DNA of 44,071 nucleotides from an uncultured Spirochaetia bacterium (GCA_964418785.1 CAYQNP010000040.1:1-44071); one strand, 5' to 3'. Numbered from the stretch's first letter, positions 1 to 9,500 are shown. The notes: a model not told the origin generated them from the sequence alone. A program made the numbers and translations.

Positions 1-1842
1 ACCGTTTATAGCAGCCTTCTGTCCACTTGTACCGCTTGCTTCATACGGTCTGCGCGGATTATTGAGCCAGACATCTGCTCCCTGTACCATATAACGAGCC
101 ATATTAATATCATAATTTTCAAGAAATATTATTTTGCCTCTAAATTCAGGCTTTAATGAGTATTCATAAATCTTTTTTATTAATGCCTGACCGGCAGTAT
201 CTGCCGGATGAGCCTTACCTGCAAAAATTATCTGTAATGGCCTATCAGGATTAAAAAACACATCCTGAATTCGATCTTCATCTGTAAACAGTAAAGTTGC
301 TCTTTTATAAGTAGCAAATCTTCTTGCGAATCCTATTGTCAGATATTCATTATTTATTTTATCCAGGATTTCATTAATCACCTTATCGTCCACACCGTTT
401 CGTTTATAAAATTTTGCTGCTCTTTCACGAACAAAATTTAAAAATTTCTCTTTTAATACTTTATGAGTATCCCATATATCTTTATTATCTATATTTCGAA
501 CTCCGCTCCAGAACTCAAAGTTATCTACATTTTTTCTCCAATCAGAAGATAATTTTTGTTCATAAAGTTTAATAAATTCAGGGGCAAGCCAGCTTTTAAC
601 ATTAACACCGTTTGTAACATAATCAATAGGCACTTCTTCTAATTTTTTATCAGGCCAGATTTTCTGCCACATTTTTTGGGAAACCCATTGATGAAGTTTA
701 CTAACAGCATTACTTCTATGAGAACCCCTAATAGCAAAAATCGTCATACTAAACTCTTCTGTATCTTCAATATTAGTAAAAACACCGAGTGATAAAAATT
801 GTTCCCAATCAATATTCACTTCTGCAATATAATCTTTAAAATATTTTTCAATTAAATTAAATGTAAAGGCTTCATTTCCTGCTTTAACCGGTGTATGTGT
901 CGTAAAAACAATATTTCGTTTCACAATATCAATAGCCTCTTCAAATTTAACCTTATTCTCATTCATAATTTCTCTAATTCTTTCAAGAATAAGAAATGCC
1001 GAATGACCTTCATTTAAATGCCATACAGCCGGATTAATATTAAGTTTTCTCAAAGCCCTGACACCGCCGATACCTAAAATAAGTTCCTGGGAAATTCTCA
1101 TTTCCCTATCCCCACCGTATAATTGGGATGTTATTTTTCTGTCTTCTTTACTGTTTTTTTCTATATCTGTATCAAGATAATAATTTTTATTCCTGCCGAC
1201 TTTTAATTCCCAGATTTGAGCATATACTTTTCTACCCGGAAATTCAACAGATATATAAACAGGATAACCATCTTCATCTTTCACAAGTGTTAAAGGAAAA
1301 TTTTTAAAATCATAATTCGGATAAAATGAAACCTGTTCTCCCTGTGCATTTATTTTCTGTTGAAAATATCCCTGTCTGTAAAGAAGCCCAACAGCCACAA
1401 AATTAAGACCTATTTCACTTGCAGCTGCACAATGATCTCCGGATAAAACGCCAAGACCTCCTGAATAGATTGGAAAAGATTCATGTATTCCATACTCAGC
1501 TGAAAAATATGCAATTGTTTTGTTTTTATAATCAGGATATTTTTTATCAATAAAAGTATCATTACTTGCCAGATAGTCATTATATTCTTTTTCCAATTCT
1601 TTAACAATATCCGATAACGGATAAACCCGTAATTTGCTTATTAAAGTTTTGCAATCAATCTCTTTAAAAAACTCAACCGGATTATGATTAACCTTTTCCC
1701 ATAAACTTTCGTTTATTAATTTAGGGACCTGTACTGCCTTCTCATTCCATACCCACCACATATTATTAAAAATCTCGTTTAGCACTTCAATATGGTGGAA
1801 AACTTCTTCCATATGCTCATTAAAAATAGCGTCTGTTGTCAT
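1..1842 (-). CDS. glgP: alpha-glucan (glycogen/maltodextrin) phosphorylase, GT35 family; 3' end runs off the window
   Basis: Absent from the supplied ORF track because its stop lies beyond position 1. My translation of the minus strand from ATG 1842-1840 (GGAGGTG Shine-Dalgarno at 1847-1853) stays open for all 614 codons. It reads MTTDAIFNEH..NNMWWVWNEKA (DUF3417-type N-terminus), ..YFSAEYGIHESFPIYSGGLGVLSGDHCAAASEIG.., and at the window edge ..GADVWLNNPRRPYEASGTSGQKAAING (PLP-lysine motif of glucan phosphorylases). Confidence 0.85.
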   Translation of the reverse strand, partial: MTTDAIFNEHMEEVFHHIEVLNEIFNNMWWVWNEKAVQVPKLINESLWEKVNHNPVEFFKEIDCKTLISKLRVYPLSDIVKELEKEYNDYLASNDTFIDKKYPDYKNKTIAYFSAEYGIHESFPIYSGGLGVLSGDHCAAASEIGLNFVAVGLLYRQGYFQQKINAQGEQVSFYPNYDFKNFPLTLVKDEDGYPVYISVEFPGRKVYAQIWELKVGRNKNYYLDTDIEKNSKEDRKITSQLYGGDREMRISQELILGIGGVRALRKLNINPAVWHLNEGHSAFLILERIREIMNENKVKFEEAIDIVKRNIVFTTHTPVKAGNEAFTFNLIEKYFKDYIAEVNIDWEQFLSLGVFTNIEDTEEFSMTIFAIRGSHRSNAVSKLHQWVSQKMWQKIWPDKKLEEVPIDYVTNGVNVKSWLAPEFIKLYEQKLSSDWRKNVDNFEFWSGVRNIDNKDIWDTHKVLKEKFLNFVRERAAKFYKRNGVDDKVINEILDKINNEYLTIGFARRFATYKRATLLFTDEDRIQDVFFNPDRPLQIIFAGKAHPADTAGQALIKKIYEYSLKPEFRGKIIFLENYDINMARYMVQGADVWLNNPRRPYEASGTSGQKAAING

Positions 1843-1908
1843 ACATCACCTCCTGCAAAATAAATCGTTATAAACAAACGATGTCGAAAAAAAAGTCAAG
1901 TTATTTTT

Positions 1909-2241
1909 TTATTTATGTCTGTATTTTATTACAGATACTCTTTCCATTGTTATCAAACCTTCTTTAACATTCTCATCGAGATAAGGAAGAATTTTATTTA
2001 TATTCTCTTCAGTATCAACTATTTCAATTAAAATAGGGAGGTCTTCCGATAGACGCAATATTTTAGCGGAATGCAAATGGCTGTCTGCCCCAAAGCCCAG
2101 AATTCCCCGAATAGCAGTTGCACCTGCAAGATTTAATTCTTTTGCTTTAAGAACTATCTGTTCATAAAGCGGTTTTCCGTTTAACTTATCTTCTTCTCCT
2201 ATATATATACGCAACAGAACACCTTCGCCATTTAACCGCAT
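1909..2241 (-). CDS. DUF190 (PII-like) protein, the usual partner of CrcB
   Basis: 110 aa. The pattern LRIYIGEEDK..GKPLYEQIV..A.E..LAGATAIRGILGFG...H is typical of DUF190. It lies 13 nt downstream of crcB on the same strand. Confidence 0.7.
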   Translation of the reverse strand: MRLNGEGVLLRIYIGEEDKLNGKPLYEQIVLKAKELNLAGATAIRGILGFGADSHLHSAKILRLSEDLPILIEIVDTEENINKILPYLDENVKEGLITMERVSVIKYRHK

Positions 2242-2254
2242 AATTCTGCGCCTC

Positions 2255-2644
2255 CTATTTAAATACTTTTACAATTGTCCGCCATAACATTGAGCCAAAT
2301 ATAACTGCACTTATCCCGAATATATTATTGTATAAAATATTCAGCACAGCATATTTTATCTCCCCCTCATAAAACATATTATACGATTCAAGTGCATAAC
2401 TGGAAAAAGTAGTAAAAGCACCGAGAAAACCTATAAAAATAAAAACTTTGGCTTCAGGTAAAATTTCTATTTTCCAGTTAAGCATTCCCCATAAAAAACC
2501 AATAATAAAACAGCCAAGAATATTTACAGCAAGTGTGCCTATGGGAAACAGTGAATTTCCGGCTTTATTTATTATACCGGATAAATAATAACGCGACAAA
2601 GCGCCTATACTTCCGCCAAGCATAATCAAAAATACTTTATTCAT
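2255..2644 (-). CDS. crcB: fluoride ion channel CrcB/FluC
   Basis: 129 aa, four hydrophobic segments. GGSIGALSRYYLS near the N-terminus and GFLGAFTTFSSYALE are CrcB family signatures. Confidence 0.9.
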   Translation of the reverse strand: MNKVFLIMLGGSIGALSRYYLSGIINKAGNSLFPIGTLAVNILGCFIIGFLWGMLNWKIEILPEAKVFIFIGFLGAFTTFSSYALESYNMFYEGEIKYAVLNILYNNIFGISAVIFGSMLWRTIVKVFK

Positions 2645-2645
2645 A

Positions 2646-3546
2646 TTATTTCCCTATAAGAATTACCACTTTTCCCTGTTTAAGATTTTCAAAAGTACGC
2701 GGAGAAGCCAATAATTCATTTACCGCATCATCTGAAATCACCAATGAAGTATTATTTTTTTTCTTAACTGCTCTAATGGTCAGCACATTTGAATTTAAAA
2801 ATTTTATATTTTCAATTTTAGATGTATCGCCAATAAACTTTGCAGGACCGTTGAATTTATAAGCATCTGTATACATTATTGAAACAGAATAAATCAGATT
2901 ATTATGTCTATCATAAATTTCAGGGTTAAGTGACGGGTAAAAATTTTTTATATGACGGGCATCTATCATTAATCCTGAAAAAATTTGCGGTTCGATATTA
3001 CTTCTCATACTTATATTAATTTTCGGGTTTTCCGGTATTATGTCCTTATTAATTACTGCAGATAAAAGACTCCCTTTTCCCCATAATTTTATTGAACAGG
3101 TAACAGTTATTGAATTATCAGTATTATATATTTTTTTATAAGTTTTTATATTATCTATATAACTATTAAGTTTAAACTTAAATTCATTTGTTGCTGTAAG
3201 CAGATAATTTTTTATGAAATAATTTCCTTCTATTCTTAAATTATAAACAGCATTCACTAAATTTTTTTTACATAGTTCTTTAGCTTTTCTAAATGCCGTC
3301 AACCTTGCTTCTGCTTTACTTTTAACAGCAATAGAATTGTAATGGAATGAATCTTTAACAACAGGCGGAAGCTTTTGTACAGCATAAACTTTTAAAACAC
3401 CTGTTGACCAATTAATTTCCCCAAATTCAATTTTTTCTATTACATCTCCGTTAATTATTTTTTTTTTCTCTTAAAAAGCCGTATGCATAACAGGTTAAAC
3501 CGTAAAAAATAAGAAAGAAAAATACTATTTTGTTTCTTTTAGCCAT
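2646..3546 (-). pseudogene. LPP20-like secreted or lipoprotein gene whose reading frame is broken at an A10 homopolymer
   Basis: Track ORF 2646..3302 begins at an internal TTG, and the same frame is open upstream to 3470. An ATG at 3546 in the neighbouring frame encodes a signal peptide (MAKRNKIVFFFLIFYGLTCYAYGFLREKKNN*) that terminates at 3451-3453, just after the sense-strand A10 run (plus-strand T10 at 3458-3467). Removing one A joins the two frames into one ~300-aa protein (..FLREKKIINGDVIEKIEFGEINWSTGVLKVYAV..AEARLTAFRKAKELCKKNL..). Confidence 0.55.
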
Positions 3547-3947
3547 AAATCAAAATTCTCACAGATAATATTATTTATTTGAGGATACAGTTCAATATTA
3601 GGAATATCTTTTTTAGAGAAAAGATTATATCCTGCAAGAATAGGTTCATCTCCAAGTTTTATTTCTGAGCTCAAGTGTTTTACCAGGAAAAAAAGATTCA
3701 AATTATGATACTGATATTCAGGAGGGAGTGATTCATTAAAGAATAAAAATTTTACAGGTTCGATTTGAATATTCAATTCTTCCATAAATTCTCGTTTTAA
3801 AGTATCAACGCTTTTTTCGCCGAATTCCACTCTACCGCCAGGGACAACCCAATATTCACGATTATTTTTTCTATGCTTTATGAGTAATAATTTTTTATCA
3901 AAAAAGACAAAACCGGCAGTTCTTATCTGAAATTTTTTTTCGGTCAT
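3525..3947 (-). CDS. NUDIX hydrolase
   Basis: 140 aa. Nudix box GRVEFGEKSVDTLKREFMEELNI fits GX5EX7REUXEEXGU, with G replaced by N at the penultimate position. Confidence 0.85.
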   Translation of the reverse strand: MTEKKFQIRTAGFVFFDKKLLLIKHRKNNREYWVVPGGRVEFGEKSVDTLKREFMEELNIQIEPVKFLFFNESLPPEYQYHNLNLFFLVKHLSSEIKLGDEPILAGYNLFSKKDIPNIELYPQINNIICENFDLWLKETK

Positions 3948-3955
3948 CTATTTTA

Positions 3956-4483
3956 TCACACAGGATCAATTAAAAACAGAACCTCGCCCTGTTTAACAGG
4001 CTGGCCGTTTTCAACTAATTTCTTTACTATTTTTCCTTTTACTTCAGAATTTATTTTATTCATTACTTTCATTGCTTCCACAATACATACGGTTTGTCCT
4101 TTTTCCACAACATCTCCAACCTGAACAAACGGGTCTGAAGTCGGAGACGGTGCTTCGTAAAAAGTACCAACTATTGGTGAAGTAATTTTTGTATATTTAT
4201 CGTCATCAGCAGAAGACTCAGGTGCAGGAGATTCAGAAACTGTTTCTGCAGGCTGTTCTTCTGAAACAGACGGTACAGCAGTCTCTGCAGGCATAACAGC
4301 AGGAGCAGTCTGCACAGCAGATACTATAGGCGCTCCTCTTTCTATCTCTACCTCAACGCCGTGTTCCTGAATATTAAGACTTACTATATCTTTTTCTTCA
4401 ACAAATTTAATATAATTTTCAATGTCAGCAGGCTTTGCACCTAAAATAGTAACCGGTTTTTTAATTTTCTTCGATGTTGCCAT
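3956..4483 (-). CDS. accB: biotin carboxyl carrier protein (biotinyl domain)
   Basis: 175 aa. It has an Ala/Pro/Glu-rich linker followed by a C-terminal biotinyl domain carrying the CIVEAMKVMN biotinylation motif (EAMK). Confidence 0.75.
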   Translation of the reverse strand: MATSKKIKKPVTILGAKPADIENYIKFVEEKDIVSLNIQEHGVEVEIERGAPIVSAVQTAPAVMPAETAVPSVSEEQPAETVSESPAPESSADDDKYTKITSPIVGTFYEAPSPTSDPFVQVGDVVEKGQTVCIVEAMKVMNKINSEVKGKIVKKLVENGQPVKQGEVLFLIDPV

Positions 4484-4495
4484 TGTTTACCTTCC

Positions 4496-5686
4496 TTATT
4501 TTAAATTTTCAATAAATTCCTTTATTCTTTTTACACCTTCTTTTATATCATCATCAGAAGTTGCAAACGATAATCTGATAAAAGCATCTGCGCCGAATGC
4601 TACTCCCGGAACCACAGCTGTATGCTTTTTTTCAAGAAGAACTTCGGCAAAAGTGAATGAATCTTTAATTTCCGCGCCTTCATATTCCTTACCAAAAAAT
4701 GCAGATATATCAGGGAATATATAAAATGCTCCTTCCGGTTTTTCTACTTTTATACCTTCAATATCCTGTAATAATGAATAAATTAAATTTCTCCGTTCTT
4801 CAAATTTCTCTATCATTTTTTTAATTTCATCTTTTTCTTCCGACAGGGCTGTAATAGAAGCCACCTGACAAAAACTTGTAGGATTGGAAGTACTATGACT
4901 CTGCAAATTTCCAACTGCTTTAGCAATCTCTTTTCTTGCTGCAAGATATCCTATACGCCAGCCTGTCATTGCATAAGTCTTTGATACCCCGTTTATAATT
5001 ATAGTTCTATCTTTTATCTCTTCTGATACCTGTGCAATACTAAAATGTTTTTTACCGTCGTATATTAATTTATCATAAATCTCATCAGAAATAACATATA
5101 AATTATCATGCTTTAAAACTATTTCAGCGAGGCGCTCAAGGTCTTCTTTAGAATAAACTACGCCTGTAGGATTCTGCGGGGAATTTAATAATATTAATTT
5201 AGTTCTGTCTGTAATTTTACTTTCCAATTCGTCAAAATTTATTTTAAAATTTGTCTTTGTAGTATCTATATATACAGGAACACCGGAAGCAAGATTTATC
5301 TGTTCTTTATACGAAACCCAATATGGTGAAAAAAGTATCACTTCATCTCCGGGATTAACCATAGCCTGCATAACATTATACAAAGAATGCTTTGCTCCCA
5401 CAGATATAATTATATTCTCAGAAGTATAATCCAGATTAAGTTCTTTTTTGATTTTTTCAGCGACTACATTTTTTAATTCCAGCATACCGCTGGCAGGTGT
5501 GTATTTAGTATCACCTTTCTTAATGCTGTTAATAGCAGCTTCTTTAATATATTCCGGAGTATCAAAATCCGGCTCACCTGCTCCGAAATTAATAACATTC
5601 AGTCCTTCTTTTTTCATTTTTTTTGCAGCAGCAGTTATCTTTAAAGTAGCAGATGGCTGTACCTTTTTAATCCTATCACTTAACAT
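4496..5686 (-). CDS. class I pyridoxal-phosphate aminotransferase (aspartate aminotransferase type)
   Basis: The PLP-lysine context SKTYAMTGWRIGY, plus NSPQNPTG and GAFY, is typical of AspAT-like enzymes. I place the start at ATG 5686 (MLSDRIKK..) because AAGGAG (5693-5698 on the minus strand) precedes it. The track start at 5710 has no SD. Confidence 0.85.
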   Translation of the reverse strand: MLSDRIKKVQPSATLKITAAAKKMKKEGLNVINFGAGEPDFDTPEYIKEAAINSIKKGDTKYTPASGMLELKNVVAEKIKKELNLDYTSENIIISVGAKHSLYNVMQAMVNPGDEVILFSPYWVSYKEQINLASGVPVYIDTTKTNFKINFDELESKITDRTKLILLNSPQNPTGVVYSKEDLERLAEIVLKHDNLYVISDEIYDKLIYDGKKHFSIAQVSEEIKDRTIIINGVSKTYAMTGWRIGYLAARKEIAKAVGNLQSHSTSNPTSFCQVASITALSEEKDEIKKMIEKFEERRNLIYSLLQDIEGIKVEKPEGAFYIFPDISAFFGKEYEGAEIKDSFTFAEVLLEKKHTAVVPGVAFGADAFIRLSFATSDDDIKEGVKRIKEFIENLK

Positions 5687-5708
5687 ATACAACTCCTTAA
5701 AGTTTATC

Positions 5709-5738
5709 AAAATAAACTAAATTATATTTTTATGTCAA
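5709..5738 (-). promoter_or_regulatory. possible sigma70-type promoter of the aminotransferase operon
   Basis: Read on the minus strand: TTGACA (5738-5733), 18-nt spacer, TATTTT (5714-5709). The AAGGAG SD and ATG 5686 follow. Confidence 0.3.
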
Positions 5739-5753
5739 GTATGAAATAAAAAA

Positions 5754-5780
5754 TTTTATATATTGTTTTGCACCGTCCCC
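5754..5780 (+). repeat. solo copy of the TTTATA..TGTTTTGCACCGTCCC repeat end also found at 31.7 and 32.0 kb
   Basis: TTTTATATATTGTTTTGCACCGTCCCC compares with AGTTTATACTGTTTTGCACCGTCCCT at 31722-31747 and 32031-32056. It sits directly after the stop codon at 5783. Confidence 0.6.
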
Positions 5781-5782
5781 AT

Positions 5783-6322
5783 CTACAATCTATCAGGGCA
5801 GTCCACCTTATAAAGACACCCTTCGCATCTGTCTTTTGCATTATGATTTCGTTCAGCCCGGGCATCATTCCCCATAATATCCCCCATCTCTGCTGCAATT
5901 TCAAGTGTTTCACTTCTTAATTCAAGACTATTTTCTATAATTACATGCCTGCCTGTCTTAATATCTTCTATTACAGCATAAACCGGCATTCTTTTATATT
6001 CGCTTTCAACAGCCAAAAACTCTGCACCGATTTTATACTTATAATAATCTACATCTATTTTTTTTAAATTTTCAACTCTTTCAACAATAATAAGATCTCC
6101 TGAACGAGTCTCATACAGATATTGCGGCCGCGCTGCTATCTCGATTTTTTTATATTTATAAATAAGTTCTTTTGACTTTTCATTTCCTGTATATATTACC
6201 ACTGCATCCCTTTTTATTCTATCACTTTCGCGTATACTCTTCTGCGATTCAATGTAAATAGTAATAAACGAATAAAGCGCTGTTATCCCGGATATTATCA
6301 ATATTATTAATCTGATATCCAT
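5783..6322 (-). CDS. hypothetical N-terminally membrane-anchored protein with a C-terminal Cys cluster
   Basis: 179 aa. One N-terminal hydrophobic helix (LIILIISGITALYSFITIYI); C-terminus ..DRCEGCLYKVDCPDRL. Its ATG overlaps the upstream stop (TAATG at 6320-6324). I recognise no family. Confidence 0.5.
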   Translation of the reverse strand: MDIRLIILIISGITALYSFITIYIESQKSIRESDRIKRDAVVIYTGNEKSKELIYKYKKIEIAARPQYLYETRSGDLIIVERVENLKKIDVDYYKYKIGAEFLAVESEYKRMPVYAVIEDIKTGRHVIIENSLELRSETLEIAAEMGDIMGNDARAERNHNAKDRCEGCLYKVDCPDRL

Positions 6323-6516
6323 TATATAAACTTATACTCCTTTAAAATCTCTTTTACTCTGTTACTCGTAAAAAAAGTTATTTCTGCAATCTCATCAAAA
6401 GTTTTACCGTTTTTATACAAATTTAATGTTTTAATTATTCTGTCGTATTCCCATTTCTTAGAACAAAACTTATAAGACAATATATCATCCGCTGTAATTT
6501 TTATGTTCTTTTCCAT
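6322..6516 (-). CDS. small hypothetical protein with a possible helix-turn-helix
   Basis: 64 aa. KTFDEIAEITFFTSNRVKEILKEY resembles a sigma70-region-4/LuxR-type HTH. It starts 12 nt after the comEC stop and is translationally coupled to the next gene. Confidence 0.45.
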   Translation of the reverse strand: MEKNIKITADDILSYKFCSKKWEYDRIIKTLNLYKNGKTFDEIAEITFFTSNRVKEILKEYKFI

Positions 6517-6528
6517 ACATCAAAACTC

Positions 6529-9500
6529 CTAATATTCGGTATCAACTTTTACATACTTTCCGTCAGTATAAATATCAATATTCCCGTCGTAATCTGTTCT
6601 ATAAAATCTCACATTTAATGCCTGGATTCTGGAAACAACATCATCAGCCGGAAGTTTTCTGTTGTATTTTTCAACACTGAGTATAGCATATTCAGGATTA
6701 ACCTGTTTCAAAAATTTTTCAGTTCCGGAATATCTTGAGCCGCTGTCCGGCACAGTCATAAATACAGAATGAATATACTTTTTTTGTTTATGAATCAGAT
6801 AATATTCAGCACTTTTCGGCGAAGGTTCTTCATCATCATAATCAACACCTGTTATATTACCGGTAAACAGCATATTAAATTTATCATAGAACAATTTTAA
6901 AACAAGCGAACTGTTTTTAGCATCATTAGCAGTACCGCTGTAATAGTAATCAGGATTCAGAACTTTAATATAGATATTGTCAGACAATTGAATCCTGTCA
7001 CCGGCTCTTAAGATTCTGCTTTCCGCACCGGAATTTTGAACAGCATAAAAAATTTTGCTCTGAAATTCAGATCCGCCTTTAAACGGAGGATAATAAATTT
7101 TTTTCACTTTTATTTTATTTAAAACATAAATAATGCCACCGCTGTTTTCTTCAAGCATATTCTCTAAAAATACACCGTCTAAATTACTGATATTAAATTT
7201 TTTCAAGAGAGGAACTATTATTCCCCTGCCGGCATCGGAAGCAGTTCTTTCATTACCATAACGCCCGCTGTTTATTAAATACGCTTTTTTATCCGGTGTA
7301 ATAATCAGATACGCTTCCCCTTTTCCTATATCAATAACTCGTATATGCAGTTTCCCTGCTGCAGATTTAAAATTCTTCTTCCCAATATACTTTTTTGTTG
7401 AGATTATTCTGCTTTTTTTATCAGCCGTAATCCATTTTTTATACTCTATATTATTATCCCTGATTTGAAAAACAACTGCTCCGTCAGTATCTGTTTTAAA
7501 AAATTTTGTACCGTAACAATGATAATTAAGATATACATCATTATTAAAATATCTGCCTCTTTTATAATAATAATGGCATACAGCATATTTTGGAGAAGTT
7601 AATTTTATAAAACTATAAGGATTTAATGCTGCATCTCCATAACCCGGAACACCAAGAATATCTGTGTTTCTTAAATCAGATTTATAGTTTGTTATTAATT
7701 TATTTAAAACTCTTTTAGTTATCAATCCGGATAACAAAACTTTTTTATTATTATATTTAAGCATTAATACAAGACTACTGTCTCTAAGAGAATGGCTTCT
7801 GTTTTCACTTAAACTGTTAAGCACTTTTATATTTGCCTTTGTGTTAAAATTAAAATTTTCACCCTGCTTTGCCTGTATGCATTTAATATTTCTTTCTTTA
7901 GCAAGTTTTACTATTTCAATTAAAGCCTGTAGAGCAATAACATGTTCGCTATTCTTTAATGAAATCGCAGACTCATTTAAAGTTTTAACAATCTCAGGAA
8001 ATATAGTATTATTATGTTTCATTAAATTTTTACGGCTAATTTTCAATATATTTATTATCTCTTTTTTTACAGTAGCAGACACATTTTTAGACATTAAATT
8101 ATCTATTAATTCTTTCTTTTTTTTATCCGAAATACTGCTCTGCTTTATATAATTTTTAATAACAAGTCTATCTTCACCATTCAACGCCATATTTTTATTT
8201 TTTTTCAATTCTTCAATATATCTTTTATAATTAGCCTCATCAGTATAAGTCCACAATTTCAAATTATCCGGGATAACTGATTTTAATTTTTCCAGATTGT
8301 AAGCAGAAATAACAGATTTAACTTTAAACATTTTCAAAATATCGACCATACCGGTAAAAACAGCGGGTTCCAGGTTCTGAATTATTACAGCATCAAGTTT
8401 AGTAATTCTACTTGAAGTAAGAAACGGAGCAATAGTAGTTTTACCCACACTAAGTCCTATAATAACATCATTAAATTTAAAATAGCCGGGACCTGCATTA
8501 ACCAGTATATTTTTATTATCAGGTAATTGTAATAAAAAAGCATTCCCGTCACCAAATTTACTTAATGCCTTTGTATCAATAAAAGTTACCTTAACCCTAT
8601 CTTCAGGGATAAAACTTTCTACAAGATAACTGCAGCCTATTATAAACATAACAGCAATGGAGAATAAAAGCAGAACAAGACTTCTTCTATATTCAAACCG
8701 TTCATACAACATTATTATTCTAAAATAAAGATTTTTAACAGCAAAAACTATTTTATCGAACCAGACGAGAGAAGCGACAAATATATAATATACAATTAAA
8801 AAGCCGAGACTCGGTTTTGCCACTACAGGATAGGGAAATACAGTTGCAAAAAAGTGAGCCATCCATAGAAAAAACTTAGAGAATATATAATTTCCTGCAT
8901 TAATAATAAGAGCTGCTTTCAACGACATAAGGCCTATAAGTCCGGCGATTATACCAAGCTGCACTATAACACCAATTAAAGGGATTGCAATCCAGTTTGC
9001 AAAAATACCTGCTACTGCAAATTTTTGAAAATATATACCTGACACAGGAAAAACATTTCCAAGAGTAATTGCAAACTGCATTCCCATAAACCCAACAAAG
9101 AATGCACCAAGGGAGCCTATACTGAACTGAAAATCCGGATGCTTCCTGTTTAGATGTGCTCCGATTTTAAAAGATACTATAATAAATACCACAAACAAAA
9201 ATTGAAAATAATGATTATAAAAAAGTAAAAGAAACAGACTTTTATTTATAAGAAATACTGTAAGTAAGAAAAAATTAATAAGAAAAGCAACAAACTTATA
9301 TCCTTTAAGATGTCTTAACAGCAAATTAGTTAGCGGAGTAGCGAATAAAGATATAGACAGAACAGCAGTGTAAGACATAACAAACGCAGCCTCAACTATC
9401 ATCAAAGGATTTATAAAAACAAGATAAATAAGGGCCACCACAGCAAGCGAGAAATTCAAATCGCTCTGCCACTTTCCTTCAAAAAAGGCTCCCATAAAAA

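Noticed and set aside
1410-1607. Track ORF 1410..1607 (-) as a separate small gene
   Set aside because: It lies in a different frame inside the continuous 614-codon glgP reading frame.
2645-3524. Fluoride riboswitch (crcB motif) upstream of crcB
   Set aside because: crcB starts 1 nt after the preceding gene, in a long operon. The apparently non-coding stretch 3303-3524 is explained by the frame-broken LPP20-like gene. I could not find the conserved ..GATGATGCCTAC-type 3' block of the fluoride riboswitch on the minus strand.
4422-5720. Track ORFs 4422..4724 (+), 5448..5720 (+) and 5722..5913 (-)
   Set aside because: They lie antisense to, or out of frame within, the strongly supported BCCP, aminotransferase and 179-aa genes. 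They have low-complexity composition and no SD.
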